Below are positions 48,765 through 59,587 of a DNA stretch of 64,000 bases, one piece after another. Where the stretch lies: assembly GCA_963818475.1 (NCBI GenBank), contig CAWFSF010000006.1, positions 96,001 to 160,000 of the forward strand, in the 5' to 3' direction. This DNA comes from Nitrospirota bacterium. Lineage in GTDB: Bacteria > Nitrospirota > UBA9217. The first letter of the stretch is position 1; each line of letters opens with the position of its first letter. Below the pieces are notes generated by a model. The model was not told the origin of the DNA. It saw only the letters and a list, made by a program, of their open reading frames with translations, and did not search any database. A program made the position numbers and the translations under genes.

Positions 48765-51700
48765 ATGATGGACAGGATGGACAGGATGGATAGAATGGAC
48801 ACTTACGGAACCCGGATAAGATATTTAGTGTACCTCGCGTTGGCGTTAACGATATCGTATCTGTTGCCGACGAACTGCTGGACGGTTACTGAACCGGCTC
48901 AGGAGCACTCGCTCGTTAAGAGTGATCGTGTGGATGGCGAGATCCTGGTGCGATTAAAAGCCGGAGTCGGTCAGGCAGAGGCCAGGGCCATATTAGCACG
49001 ATACGGCATGACTATTTCCAAGAGTTATACCTGGATGAAAAACCTCTTCCATGTTCGTCTGCGTCCCGGCCTTACCGTCGAGGCTGCGCTCGAAGTGCTG
49101 AAAGAGGAGCCTTCTATAGCGTATGCCGAACCGAACTACATTGTCAATTTTTGTTCGGCCTGTCCGACTCCCTGCATTCCAAATGACCCTGAATATATCA
49201 ATCAGTGGGGACTTGCCAATATCCAGGCCGAGGGGGCCTGGGCTGCTACTCATGGTTCTCCTGATGTGGTCGTTGCAGTGTTGGATACCGGTATCGATTA
49301 CCACCATCCTGACCTGACTGAAAATAAATGGGTCAACCCTACAGAGATCCCGGGTAATGGCAAGGATGATGATGGAGATGGGTATATCGATGACGTCTAT
49401 GGATTTAATGCTGTTACGGACACGTGCTCAGATACTACCTGCCTGCATCCGGCTGGGGACCCCCTCGATGATGATACATCAACTCAGGGTCATGGTACGC
49501 GTCTGGCCGGAATCATCGGTGCTGTCGGGAATAACAGTCTGGGGATCGCTGGGGTGGGCTGGCATACGAAATTGATGCCTATCAAGATCCGCCATGAACC
49601 GGACCGGCAGGGCTCTTTGGATCTCGTGCTCTCAGGAATGGACTATCTCATAACCAAACGGAACCAGGGGGTGAACATCCCCCTTGCCCATTTAAGCATT
49701 TTGATATCAAACTACAGTCTGTCCCTGCAGAACGGGATCGATGCGGCACGGGACGCCGGTATTCTCCTGATCTGGTCTGCCGGGAACAACAGCAAGAATG
49801 TCGATACGGATCCTACAAACTTTTTATCCCATGTGTATGACAACGTCCTGTTTGTCGGTGCGATCGATAATTCCAATGCATTGGCCGGTTTTTCCAACTA
49901 TGGGCAGGTCGGGATCCAACTTGCGGCTCCCGGCGTGGGCATCGTAAGCACGGTGCGCAGCGTCTATACGCCGCAGTACCAGGCAGATGACGGGACCTCG
50001 TACGCCACGCCGTTTGTGACCGGAGTTGCGGCGCTTCTGTCGGCTTATGATCCGACCATTTCATACACCGGATTGAAGGCGCATATTATCAGCGCAACCA
50101 CGCGGGAGGATGGACTGGTGGGAAAGGTCGTCTCCGGTGGGCGACTCAACGCCGCGGATGTCTTCAGCGCGCCGATCACTGATCTGAGACCGCCAGCCTA
50201 CCAACTGGCACGCATCGAGGTAAACCATAAATATTATACAGATCGTTCGTTTACCATTACCAGCATCCCTCAAGGATTCGACAGACTCTGGTGGGTGAGG
50301 ACGAAGAATGCTGACAAGGTCAGCACGGATACGAACCATATCAATATCGGCCTGGGCCGGGATGCCATCGTCTATGTAGCCTATGACCCGAGAGCGATTT
50401 CGGCTCCTGACTGGCTGAGTTCCGGCCAGGGCTGGACGGACACGGGTCTTAGTATCGGCGTCTCGGACAAGGGAGTAGCCTCGCTTCGGATTTATTCCAA
50501 GCCGTTCAGTCCCGGCATGGTGGTTTTGGGAGGCAATCAGGCGGCCGGTTATGTGGGACCGACCTCTGGTGATAGTTCAAACTATGTCGTCCTCATCAGG
50601 CTCTCCGGTGATCTGCCGCCTTCGACCCCGGGAAACTTGTCGGCCACGGCAGTATCTTCATCTGCGATCGATCTTTCCTGGACGGCCTCGACCGATGATG
50701 TGGGTGTTGCGGGGTATACTGTTTACCGGGGAGGGGTCCCGGTTGCAACCACTTCAGCCACCGGCTATAGGGATACCGGTCTCACTGCTTCTACGATGTA
50801 TACGTATGCAGTACGCGCCTTTGATGCGGAAGACAATGTGTCTCCTCTGTCAGACCCGGACTCTGCGGTGACCCTCTCCCTGGACACCACACCGCCTTCT
50901 AAACCGACCAACGTTCAGGCTGCGGTCGTATCTTCCTCACAGATCGATCTCTCCTGGACAGCTTCAACTGACAATGTGGCGGTGGAAGGATATAAAATAT
51001 ACCGCAATGGAATCCTTGCCGCAATGAGGGTCGGTAATAGTTATTCGGACTCCGGTCTTGCCGCCTCAACAACCTATACCTACACCATCTCTTCCTATGA
51101 TGCGGCCGGCAACGGATCTCCCGTATCAAGCCCGGTCTCGGCAACTACATCTTCACCACCCCCGACTAGCACCTTGCCCGCTGTCAAGTCGGGCAGCGTC
51201 ACCCTGCTCTCGGGGAGTCAGTCGGCGACCGTGACCATTGCCCCGGTGGACATAACGAAGGCATTTCTTGTCTTTGGCATGAGCTTCAATGATGCCAATC
51301 CCGGTTTTTCCCAGGTTACGGGCCAGATCACGAACGCCACCACATTGACCTTCCGGCGCTCCAGCGGGACGTCCGCACCGGCGGTCACCGTGAAGTGGTA
51401 TGTGGCGGAATTTTTAAGTGGTGTGTCGGTGCAGCGCGGCAGTACGGCGATGGACGCCGCTACAAAGAATATCCCGCTGACAGCTGTCGATACTGCGCGG
51501 AGCTTTCCGATCATTACGTACCGCAATTCCGGGTCGAGTTATACGAACGATGATTTTGTGAAGGCAAAGATCACCAGCAGTACGAACCTTGAGCTGTCGA
51601 TCGATCTTCCTGTCGCAGCAGGTATTGTCGAGTGGCAGGTGATCGAATTCGCGGATTCGCAGGTTCAGTCGGGCAGCGTATCCTTTGGAGCAACAGACAG

Positions 51701-53465
51701 CGTAAAGACGGCGACGATGAGCGCTGTGGATACCGGCAAATCCTGGCTGATCTATACCTATAAGACCGCGACGGGAACGACCGCCAATATCGGGCAGAAA
51801 TTGGTGCAGGGTTTGATCTCGAACGGGACGACCGTGACCTTTGACAGAGCGAATACAGGCCAGGCGATGGACCTGACCTGGTATCTGGTCGAGTTCACGG
51901 ACGGGACCACGGTTCAGCAAGGGTCTCAGAGCTTTGGAACGACAGAGACCCAAAAAAACGTTGCGATCTCGGTTGTTGACCCTGCCCGGTCACTTGCAGC
52001 GGGTGGTTATTGTATGCGCGGAGGCAGATCGTCATATGCCGGGGATGACAATCCGGGGGTAGGTTGGATGACCCTGGATCTGACCAGCGGCTCAAACCTG
52101 CAGATCAAACGGAACGCAACCGGGAATGCTGTCGCCGGCATGGGGTGGTTTGTGGTGAACTTTTCACCGATGTCTGAGGATACCAATCCACCGGTCATCT
52201 CGGGTGTTGCTTCAGGCAGCATCACCTCGACAGGGGCGGCGATTACCTGGACGACGGATGAGGCCTCGGATTCTCAGGTCGAATATGGAACGACGGCCGC
52301 CTATGGAAACAGCAGCACACTCAACCCGACGCTTTTAACCGGCCACAACATCAATCTTTCCAACCTCTCTGCATCGACCCTGTATCACTATCGGGTAATG
52401 AGCCGGGATGCGGCGGGCAACCTGTCGACCAGTGCGGATTTTACCTTCATGACAGGTACCTCCCAGATCTTGCCCGCTGTCAAGTCGGGCAGCGTCACCC
52501 TGCTCTCGGGGAGTCAGTCGGCGACCGTGACCATTGCCCCGGTGGACATAACGAAGGCATTTCTTGTCTTTGGCATGAGCTTCAATGATGCCAATCCCGG
52601 TTTTTCCCAGGTTACGGGCCAGATCACGAACGCCACCACATTGACCTTCCGGCGCTCCAGCGGGACGTCCGCACCGGCGGTCACCGTGAAGTGGTATGTG
52701 GCGGAATTTTTAAGTGGTGTGTCGGTGCAGCGCGGCAGTACGGCGATGGACGCCGCTACAAAGAATATCCCGCTGACAGCTGTCGATACTGCGCGGAGCT
52801 TTCCGATCATTACGTACCGCAATTCCGGGTCGAGTTATACGAACGATGATTTTGTGAAGGCAAAGATCACCAGCAGTACGAACCTTGAGCTGTCGATCGA
52901 TCTTCCTGTCGCAGCAGGTATTGTCGAGTGGCAGGTGATCGAATTCGCGGATTCGCAGGTTCAGTCGGGCAGCGTATCCTTTGGAGCAACAGACAGCGTA
53001 AAGACGGCGACGATGAGCGCTGTGGATACCGGCAAATCCTGGCTGATCTATACCTATAAGACCGCGACGGGAACGACCGCCAATATCGGGCAGAAATTGG
53101 TGCAGGGTTTGATCTCGAACGGGACGACCGTGACCTTTGACAGAGCGAATACAGGCCAGGCGATGGACCTGACCTGGTATCTGGTCGAGTTCACGGACGG
53201 GACCACGGTTCAGCAAGGGTCTCAGAGCTTTGGAACGACAGAGACCCAAAAAAACGTTGCGATCTCGGTTGTTGACCCTGCCCGGTCACTTGCAGCGGGT
53301 GGTTATTGTATGCGCGGAGGCAGATCGTCATATGCCGGGGATGACAATCCGGGGGTAGGTTGGATGACCCTGGATCTGACCAGCGGCTCAAACCTGCAGA
53401 TCAAACGGAACGCAACCGGGAATGCTGTCGCCGGCATGGGGTGGTTTGTGGTGAACTTTCAGTGA
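48765..53465 (+). CDS. Secreted S8 subtilase with FN3 domains and duplicated 330-aa repeat block
   Basis: Triad motifs VAVLDTGID, GHGTRLAG, GTSYATP; prodomain; two DxxPPSxPxN...IDLSWTAS FN3 units; further FN3-like unit between the two repeat blocks. Confidence 0.92.
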   Translation: MMDRMDRMDRMDTYGTRIRYLVYLALALTISYLLPTNCWTVTEPAQEHSLVKSDRVDGEILVRLKAGVGQAEARAILARYGMTISKSYTWMKNLFHVRLRPGLTVEAALEVLKEEPSIAYAEPNYIVNFCSACPTPCIPNDPEYINQWGLANIQAEGAWAATHGSPDVVVAVLDTGIDYHHPDLTENKWVNPTEIPGNGKDDDGDGYIDDVYGFNAVTDTCSDTTCLHPAGDPLDDDTSTQGHGTRLAGIIGAVGNNSLGIAGVGWHTKLMPIKIRHEPDRQGSLDLVLSGMDYLITKRNQGVNIPLAHLSILISNYSLSLQNGIDAARDAGILLIWSAGNNSKNVDTDPTNFLSHVYDNVLFVGAIDNSNALAGFSNYGQVGIQLAAPGVGIVSTVRSVYTPQYQADDGTSYATPFVTGVAALLSAYDPTISYTGLKAHIISATTREDGLVGKVVSGGRLNAADVFSAPITDLRPPAYQLARIEVNHKYYTDRSFTITSIPQGFDRLWWVRTKNADKVSTDTNHINIGLGRDAIVYVAYDPRAISAPDWLSSGQGWTDTGLSIGVSDKGVASLRIYSKPFSPGMVVLGGNQAAGYVGPTSGDSSNYVVLIRLSGDLPPSTPGNLSATAVSSSAIDLSWTASTDDVGVAGYTVYRGGVPVATTSATGYRDTGLTASTMYTYAVRAFDAEDNVSPLSDPDSAVTLSLDTTPPSKPTNVQAAVVSSSQIDLSWTASTDNVAVEGYKIYRNGILAAMRVGNSYSDSGLAASTTYTYTISSYDAAGNGSPVSSPVSATTSSPPPTSTLPAVKSGSVTLLSGSQSATVTIAPVDITKAFLVFGMSFNDANPGFSQVTGQITNATTLTFRRSSGTSAPAVTVKWYVAEFLSGVSVQRGSTAMDAATKNIPLTAVDTARSFPIITYRNSGSSYTNDDFVKAKITSSTNLELSIDLPVAAGIVEWQVIEFADSQVQSGSVSFGATDSVKTATMSAVDTGKSWLIYTYKTATGTTANIGQKLVQGLISNGTTVTFDRANTGQAMDLTWYLVEFTDGTTVQQGSQSFGTTETQKNVAISVVDPARSLAAGGYCMRGGRSSYAGDDNPGVGWMTLDLTSGSNLQIKRNATGNAVAGMGWFVVNFSPMSEDTNPPVISGVASGSITSTGAAITWTTDEASDSQVEYGTTAAYGNSSTLNPTLLTGHNINLSNLSASTLYHYRVMSRDAAGNLSTSADFTFMTGTSQILPAVKSGSVTLLSGSQSATVTIAPVDITKAFLVFGMSFNDANPGFSQVTGQITNATTLTFRRSSGTSAPAVTVKWYVAEFLSGVSVQRGSTAMDAATKNIPLTAVDTARSFPIITYRNSGSSYTNDDFVKAKITSSTNLELSIDLPVAAGIVEWQVIEFADSQVQSGSVSFGATDSVKTATMSAVDTGKSWLIYTYKTATGTTANIGQKLVQGLISNGTTVTFDRANTGQAMDLTWYLVEFTDGTTVQQGSQSFGTTETQKNVAISVVDPARSLAAGGYCMRGGRSSYAGDDNPGVGWMTLDLTSGSNLQIKRNATGNAVAGMGWFVVNFQ
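51173..53459 (+). repeat. 991-bp direct repeat pair (51173-52163 and 52469-53459)
   Basis: Offset 1296; no mismatch noticed by eye; antisense ORFs in the track are identical in both copies. Confidence 0.95.
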
Positions 53466-53622
53466 GCTTTCATAAATTTGACTGAGGTAACGTCACCGTG
53501 CGGCACCTCAGGAACACTCCTCCCCGTGCACAGGTTTTTACAAATCCTTTTTATAAATTTTTTGTTGCTTCGAGTCTGAGCGGCGTATTTGGTTCCCGCT
53601 TGTCCGGGTCAGGATCAGAGCT

Positions 53623-54537
53623 ATGGATATTTCTGTAATTTTTGCAACATACAAGCGCCCTAAGCTGCTTGAGGAAACCCTCAGCAGCTTCCTCTCATTG
53701 AAGCTGGAAGGTCTTACCTGGGAGATAGTACTTGTAGACAACGCGGGAGACGCAGAGACTGAAATTATAGCCAAAAAGTACAGGGACATGCTCCCAATCC
53801 ACTTCTTAACGGTCACCATGCGTGGAAAAAACAATGCTCTCAACAGGGCTGTTTCAGAAGCGCGAGGAAAGCTTTTTGTATTTACGGATGACGATGTCGT
53901 CGTTGAACCGGACTGGCTCATCGAAATGTGGAAAGGAGCAAATCGTTGGAGCCAAAACCACGTTTTTGGCGGGAAAATTTTACCGAAATATCCAGAGGGT
54001 CAAGTGCCGCCCTTTGAACATCCATTTCTTACAGGTGCGTATGCAATAGCGGATTTCGATATCCCAGAGGGGATCTATGCGGCCCATCGGGTATGGGGGC
54101 CGAACATGGCGATCAGAGGGGCACTCTTTAAAGAAGGATGGAAATTCAACGCTGATATCGGGCCCGATGGAAGCGCGGCCTATGTACCGGGAAGTGAGAC
54201 AGATTTAACCAATAGACTTGAAAAAGCCGGTAACCCTGCTGTATATCTTCCAAAATCGTTAGTGCATCATCAGATACGAAAAGAACAACTCGACATGGAT
54301 TGGCTTTATGGCAGAGCGTTCCGGTTCGGACAGCAAAATTCCCATAAAGAAGACAAATCGAATATTTCAATGTGGTTCGGAATTCCACGGCACCTGATAG
54401 GAAAGATCATAAAAGCTTATGTTCGCATCGCCCTTTCGTTTTTTAGTAAGGATAAAAAGATAAATTTCGAGCGCTGGCTCTTCTTGTGGGATACCCGGGG
54501 CAGGATTCATTGGTACCGGAAAGTTTATTCAAAATAA
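53623..54537 (+). CDS. Glycosyltransferase family 2
   Basis: SVIFATYKR, LVDNA, GKNNALN, FTDDD, GPNMAIR. Confidence 0.9.
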   Translation: MDISVIFATYKRPKLLEETLSSFLSLKLEGLTWEIVLVDNAGDAETEIIAKKYRDMLPIHFLTVTMRGKNNALNRAVSEARGKLFVFTDDDVVVEPDWLIEMWKGANRWSQNHVFGGKILPKYPEGQVPPFEHPFLTGAYAIADFDIPEGIYAAHRVWGPNMAIRGALFKEGWKFNADIGPDGSAAYVPGSETDLTNRLEKAGNPAVYLPKSLVHHQIRKEQLDMDWLYGRAFRFGQQNSHKEDKSNISMWFGIPRHLIGKIIKAYVRIALSFFSKDKKINFERWLFLWDTRGRIHWYRKVYSK

Positions 54538-54623
54538 GATCTTGATGTCTCGCACGAGCATTCATTGCATAGTACTTGGGAAAATATGAAAGTATCGCCT
54601 CGGGTAGCAGGTTCCCCGCCGAT

Positions 54624-55490
54624 ATGACGCGGGTATCTCTCGTCAGGGGAAAGAACAGGCGGGATATTGTCAGCAAGTCTCTTGATCTCATCGCTGACGA
54701 TATCAAACAGCACCTCTCTTCAAAGCAGCCAATAATCAAACCGAACTTCGTCTCTCCGACGATCCAGCTTGCCTCAAGCCATGTCGATCAAATACGGGGA
54801 ATCCTGGATGTTATCACGGGCATCTATCAAGGCACCATCCTCGTCGCCGAAGCCTCCTGCTATGACACGAGGGAGGCCTACCGCAACTTCGGTTATCTCG
54901 ATTTGGCCCGTGAATATCCCGTCGAACTTCTGGATCTGAATGAAGGTCCTTTCGAGAACATCACCATTTCCGGCGGCAACAGGACGCTGACTCTCCGGGC
55001 ATCCCGTCTCTTGCTCGACAGATCAAAATACCTCATATCAGCCTCAAGAATGAAGACCCACGATACCGTCATGGTGAGCCTCGGTATCAAGAACCTGGCA
55101 ATGGGCGGTATCTTCAGCGGCGACAAGAAATCAGTCCATCAGGGGATCAGTGCGACCAACCGGTACATCGCGGGAATCGCAGAACAGGTCTGGCCTGACC
55201 TGTCGGTCATAGACGGTTATGAAGGCATGGAAGGGGACGGCCCCTGCCGCGGCGAAGCGGTCCCTCTCGGCATCGCTATCGCAGGCACCGATGCCCTCGC
55301 CGCAGATCGGGTTGGGTGCGAGATCATGGGGGTAGATCTGCACGAAGTGGGATATCTTCACTACTGCGCGGAGATGGGCCTGGGTGAGGCGGACCTGAAA
55401 AAGATCGAAGTTTTGGGTGAACGGATAAACGACTGCATCAGGCCTTTCAGGCTCCATCGCAATGTAAGGGAACAGTACGCGTGGAAATAA
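54624..55490 (+). CDS. DUF362 domain protein
   Basis: IIKPNFV, MKTHD...SLGIKN, PDLSVIDGYEGMEGDGP, DALAAD. Confidence 0.82.
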   Translation: MTRVSLVRGKNRRDIVSKSLDLIADDIKQHLSSKQPIIKPNFVSPTIQLASSHVDQIRGILDVITGIYQGTILVAEASCYDTREAYRNFGYLDLAREYPVELLDLNEGPFENITISGGNRTLTLRASRLLLDRSKYLISASRMKTHDTVMVSLGIKNLAMGGIFSGDKKSVHQGISATNRYIAGIAEQVWPDLSVIDGYEGMEGDGPCRGEAVPLGIAIAGTDALAADRVGCEIMGVDLHEVGYLHYCAEMGLGEADLKKIEVLGERINDCIRPFRLHRNVREQYAWK

Positions 55491-55491
55491 G

Positions 55492-55624
55492 GTAACAACT
55501 CAGGTCAAAACCATTAGCCGCGAAAGATCGCATAGAACGCAGAGAGCTTTTAAAGCTGAAACCCAAGAACTGACGCTTTTCTTTGAGATCTCTGCGCTCT
55601 TTTGCGGCCAACCTGAGCAGTTAT
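55492..55624. mobile_element. 133-bp MITE with 8-bp target duplication and CGCAGAGA-type hairpin core
   Basis: Ends GTAACAACTCAGG / CCTGAGCAGTTAT; flanks GAAATAAG (55484-55491) and AAAATAAG (55625-55632); inner GCCGCGAAAGATCGCATAGAACGCAGAGA / TCTTTGAGATCTCTGCGCTCTTTTGCGGC. Confidence 0.75.
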
Positions 55625-55661
55625 AAAATAAGATGCTATAAAAAGATGGGGTAAAAAGCAC

Positions 55662-55740
55662 CACCCCCAGCCCCTCCTTGCCAAGGAGGGGAGTTGTTTA
55701 GTCTTTCTTTCCACTTGCTAAGGGGAGGTTAGGTGGGGTG
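55662..55740. repeat. CCCCTCC...GGAGGGG REP-like double hairpin
   Basis: CACCCCCAGCCCCTCCTTGCCAAGGAGGGG ... AAGGGGAGGTTAGGTGGGGT. Confidence 0.65.
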
Positions 55741-55758
55741 CATTCAGGAGGAGTCATT

Positions 55759-56676
55759 ATGGGCAAAAGTACTGCAATTCGCTGGAAGGGGATCATCCTG
55801 GCCGGCGGCGCCGGGACGAGATTATACCCCATCACCCTGGCGGTGAACAAGCAGCTGCTCAGTGTGTACGACAAGCCGATGATCTATTACCCGCTTTCGG
55901 TGCTCATGCTGGCAGGCATCCGCGACATACTGATAATCTCTACTCCGGAAGACCTCCCGAAGTTCGAGCTGCTCTTTGGCGACGGTTCCTCGATCGGCCT
56001 GCGCTTGTCCTATGCCGCGCAGCCCCGGCCAGAAGGTCTGGCGCAGGCTTTTACCATCGGCCGTGACTTCATCGGCGAGGACCACTGCTGCCTGATCCTG
56101 GGAGATAATATCTTTTACGGCAGCGGGCTGCCGGACATGCTGAAGCGCGCGGTGCAGGTCGAAAAAGGCGGCCTCATCTTCGGATGCCGGGTGAAAGACC
56201 CTGAGCGATACGGTGTCGTGGAATTCAGCGACGACGGCCGTGTTTTGAGCATCGAGGAAAAACCGTTAAGACCGAAGTCGAACTATGCCGTGGCAGGGCT
56301 CTATTTCTTTGACAATCGGGCTATCGAAATCGCATCAAACCTGACGCCCTCGGCAAGGGGCGAGCTGGAAATAACCGACGTGATCAATACCTACCTGGCA
56401 GAGAAGGAGCTGCGGGTCGAGTTGATGGGCCGGGGGTTCGCCTGGCTCGACACGGGGACCCATGAATCGCTGCTCGAAGCGAGTACCTTCATCGAAACCA
56501 TTGAGAAACGCCAGGGGTTGAAGGTTGCGTGCATCGAGGAAGTGGCCTATAGGATGGGGTTCATCTCTGCGGACCAGGTCACCGGCCTTGCGGAGCCGAT
56601 GAAGAAGAACGGCTACGGGCGGTATCTGCTTCAGCTCATCGGAGAACGGGACGGACAAGAGCGGTTATCGGCATGA
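55759..56676 (+). CDS. rfbA: Glucose-1-phosphate thymidylyltransferase
   Basis: [62 protein letters not shown]. Confidence 0.96.
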   Translation: MGKSTAIRWKGIILAGGAGTRLYPITLAVNKQLLSVYDKPMIYYPLSVLMLAGIRDILIISTPEDLPKFELLFGDGSSIGLRLSYAAQPRPEGLAQAFTIGRDFIGEDHCCLILGDNIFYGSGLPDMLKRAVQVEKGGLIFGCRVKDPERYGVVEFSDDGRVLSIEEKPLRPKSNYAVAGLYFFDNRAIEIASNLTPSARGELEITDVINTYLAEKELRVELMGRGFAWLDTGTHESLLEASTFIETIEKRQGLKVACIEEVAYRMGFISADQVTGLAEPMKKNGYGRYLLQLIGERDGQERLSA

Positions 56677-56751
56677 TCGGACGCCATAAGCGTTACAACG
56701 GTACCTTGGCAGGGTGATCGGGTCATACGCGGGTACAAACGAGGGGGAAAT

Positions 56752-58086
56752 ATGAAAATTTCAATCATCGGAACCGGATATGTCGGTCTGGTAACCGGCA
56801 CGTGCCTAGCCGAGAGCGGCAATGATGTCATCTGTATGGACATCGATCCCGCGAAAATAGAAATGCTCGCCGCGGGGATCATACCGATCCATGAACCGGG
56901 ACTCGAAGAACTTATCAAACGGTCCGTAACATCTAAGAGGCTCACGTTCACCACGGACATGGCGCAGGCAGTGAAACGCTCGAACATAATCTTCATTGCC
57001 GTCGGCACTCCTCCCGGAGAGAACGGCGCCGCTGATCTCAACTACGTGCTCAAAGCTGCAGGGGAGATCGGCAAATATATGAATGGATACAAGGTCATCG
57101 TCAACAAAAGCACTGTGCCCGTAGGTACAGGCGACAAGGTGAAGGCCCTGGTCGCCGGCAAGACTAAACACCGGTTTGATGTGGTTTCAAATCCTGAGTT
57201 TTTGAAGGAAGGCGCAGCCATCGAGGATTTCATGAAGCCCGACCGTATTGTGATCGGCGCGGAAAGCCCGAGAGCAATTAAAGTCATGCGGGAGCTCTAT
57301 GCCTCACTGATCCGGAAAGGAGACCGTATCCTTGTCATGGATATCAAAAGTGCGGAAATGACAAAATACGCGTCCAACGCCATGCTGGCAACCAAGATAT
57401 CCTTCATCAATGAAATGGCAAATGTCTGTGCGAGTCTCGGAGCAGACATCGACAGCGTGCGTCGGGGAATGGGATATGACAAGCGAATTGGTTTTGAGTT
57501 CCTCTTCCCCGGAGTCGGTTATGGAGGGTCCTGTTTCCCCAAGGATGTAAAGGCATTGGTTCAGACCGCGAAAGAGCAGGGGATGGACACGAAAATGCTC
57601 AAGGCTGTTGAAGCGGTCAATGAACGGCAAAAGGCGGTTTTGTCCGACATGATCATCGATCATTTCAAGCAGAATAAAATGGGGGGAAGCAACGGGAATG
57701 GAAAAGCGCTTGCAGGAAAGACGATCGCTGTTTGGGGCCTTTCGTTTAAGCCGCGAACAGACGACATGCGCCAGGCGCCGTCCATCGTGATCATCAACAG
57801 TCTTCTACGTGCAGGCGCTGTTGTCAGGGCTCACGACCCTGTGGCCATGGATGAAGCCCGCAAGATATTCAAAAACAAGATTATGTTTACCACAGACGGC
57901 TATGAAGCACTCCGGGGGGCCGATGGCCTCGCTGTCGTAACCGAATGGAGTGAATTCCGGTCGCCCGATTTCCGCAACATGAAAAATCTCATGAAGGGAC
58001 CGGTCATTTTCGACGGCAGAAATCTCTACCGCAAGGGAGATCTGGAAAAGATGGGTTTCGTGTATTACGGGATCGGAAGAAAATAG
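56752..58086 (+). CDS. ugd: UDP-glucose 6-dehydrogenase
   Basis: IGTGYVGL, AVGTP, KSTVPVGT, SNPEFLKEG, GYGGSCFPKD, GLSFKPRTDDMR. Confidence 0.94.
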   Translation: MKISIIGTGYVGLVTGTCLAESGNDVICMDIDPAKIEMLAAGIIPIHEPGLEELIKRSVTSKRLTFTTDMAQAVKRSNIIFIAVGTPPGENGAADLNYVLKAAGEIGKYMNGYKVIVNKSTVPVGTGDKVKALVAGKTKHRFDVVSNPEFLKEGAAIEDFMKPDRIVIGAESPRAIKVMRELYASLIRKGDRILVMDIKSAEMTKYASNAMLATKISFINEMANVCASLGADIDSVRRGMGYDKRIGFEFLFPGVGYGGSCFPKDVKALVQTAKEQGMDTKMLKAVEAVNERQKAVLSDMIIDHFKQNKMGGSNGNGKALAGKTIAVWGLSFKPRTDDMRQAPSIVIINSLLRAGAVVRAHDPVAMDEARKIFKNKIMFTTDGYEALRGADGLAVVTEWSEFRSPDFRNMKNLMKGPVIFDGRNLYRKGDLEKMGFVYYGIGRK

Positions 58087-58147
58087 AAAAGGCATGCGCT
58101 CTTTTGTTCAGATATGAAAATCAGCAGGCAGAGAAAGGAGATCGGCC

Positions 58148-59455
58148 ATGAAACTATTGGATAGAATTCAAGATCGCAGCGCAACGGTAGGTGTTATCGG
58201 GCTTGGGTATGTCGGGCTTCCTCTGATCATTCAATTCGTGAAGGCGGGCTTCACCTCCTACGGATTCGATGTCGATCCGGAGAAGATCAAGCACCTGGAA
58301 GCGGGAAAATCCTATATAAAACATATACCTGCCGAGGAGATGAAGCTGCTCAGGTCCAATGGCGGTTTTCATCCGACTGCGGATTTCTCGCTCTTGAAGA
58401 AGGTCGATTGCATCATCATCTGCGTGCCGACGCCGCTCAACCATTACCGTGAACCGGACCTGTCGTATGTTCTCAATACGACGAGAACGATCGCGAAGTA
58501 TCTCCGAAAAGACCAGCTCGTAGTGCTCGAGTCCACGACCTACCCGGGGACGACCGATGGCGATATGAGAACGATCCTTGAGGCAACGGGCAAAAAAGCC
58601 GGCAAAGATTTTTATCTCGCTTTCTCTCCGGAACGGGAGGATCCCAATAATAAAGACTATTCTACGAGCACGATACCGAAGATCGTGGGCGGCTATACGA
58701 AGGAGTGCCTGAACGTTGCCAACGCCCTGTACAGCATGGTGGTGCAAAAGACCGTTCCGGTATCCTCGACGAGGGTCGCTGAGTCGGCAAAGCTCCTTGA
58801 GAATATTTACCGGGCGGTGAACATTGCAATGGTCAACGAGCTCAAGCTGCTTTTCGACCGGATGGATATCGATATCTATGAAGTGATCGAAGCAGCCAAG
58901 ACCAAACCTTTTGGATTCCAGGCGTTCTATCCCGGACCGGGCCTGGGGGGGCATTGCATCCCCATCGATCCGTTCTATCTCACCTGGAAGGCGCGGGAAT
59001 TCGGCTTCCACACGAAGTTCATTGAATTGGCAGGTGAGATCAACACCTATATGCCTTATTATGTGGTGGAGAAGGTTGTCGACGCCCTCAACAAGCAGGA
59101 AAAGATGACTACTCATTCGAAAGTGCTTGTCCTGGGATTGGCCTACAAGAAGGATATCGATGACACCCGGGAATCGCCCTCCCTGAAATTGGTGGAACTC
59201 CTGATGCAAAAAGGGGCGGAGGTCGACTACAACGATCCCTATATTCCCCATACCAAGAAGATGCGCATGTACGATTTCAAGAAGAGCTCGGTGCCTCTTT
59301 CCAAGGATATGCTCAAACAATACGATTGCGTGGTGATCGCAACCGACCACTCGTGCTATGACTACGAGCTTATTGTGAAGAATTCCTCGCTCGTGGTTGA
59401 TACCCGCAACGTCGTCAACGGCTTCCACAAGCTGGGGACCGTGGTAAAGGCATGA
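58148..59455 (+). CDS. UDP-N-acetylhexosamine 6-dehydrogenase (WbpA/WbpO-like)
   Basis: GLGYVGLPL, CVPTP, ESTTYPGTT, SPEREDP, KLLENIYR, GPGLGGHCIPIDP. Confidence 0.92.
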   Translation: MKLLDRIQDRSATVGVIGLGYVGLPLIIQFVKAGFTSYGFDVDPEKIKHLEAGKSYIKHIPAEEMKLLRSNGGFHPTADFSLLKKVDCIIICVPTPLNHYREPDLSYVLNTTRTIAKYLRKDQLVVLESTTYPGTTDGDMRTILEATGKKAGKDFYLAFSPEREDPNNKDYSTSTIPKIVGGYTKECLNVANALYSMVVQKTVPVSSTRVAESAKLLENIYRAVNIAMVNELKLLFDRMDIDIYEVIEAAKTKPFGFQAFYPGPGLGGHCIPIDPFYLTWKAREFGFHTKFIELAGEINTYMPYYVVEKVVDALNKQEKMTTHSKVLVLGLAYKKDIDDTRESPSLKLVELLMQKGAEVDYNDPYIPHTKKMRMYDFKKSSVPLSKDMLKQYDCVVIATDHSCYDYELIVKNSSLVVDTRNVVNGFHKLGTVVKA

Positions 59456-59526
59456 CCGCTCAAAAGAGTGCAGCTGTTAGAACGTGCCCCGATGGTGAAG
59501 GCCAAATGAAAGACCGATCCTGATGT

Positions 59527-59560
59527 CCTCTCCCCAGAGGGGAGAGGGTAGGGTGAGGGG
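59527..59560. repeat. REP-like hairpin between convergent genes
   Basis: CCTCTCCCC-AGA-GGGGAGAGG followed by GTAGGGTGAGGGG. Confidence 0.65.
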
Positions 59561-59587
59561 GCTACAGGTGTAGGTGTAACGATCGTA

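Noticed and set aside
51173-53459. Possible diversity-generating retroelement TR/VR pair
   Set aside because: Copies appear identical with no adenine-specific mismatches, both are in-frame coding, and no reverse transcriptase is present.
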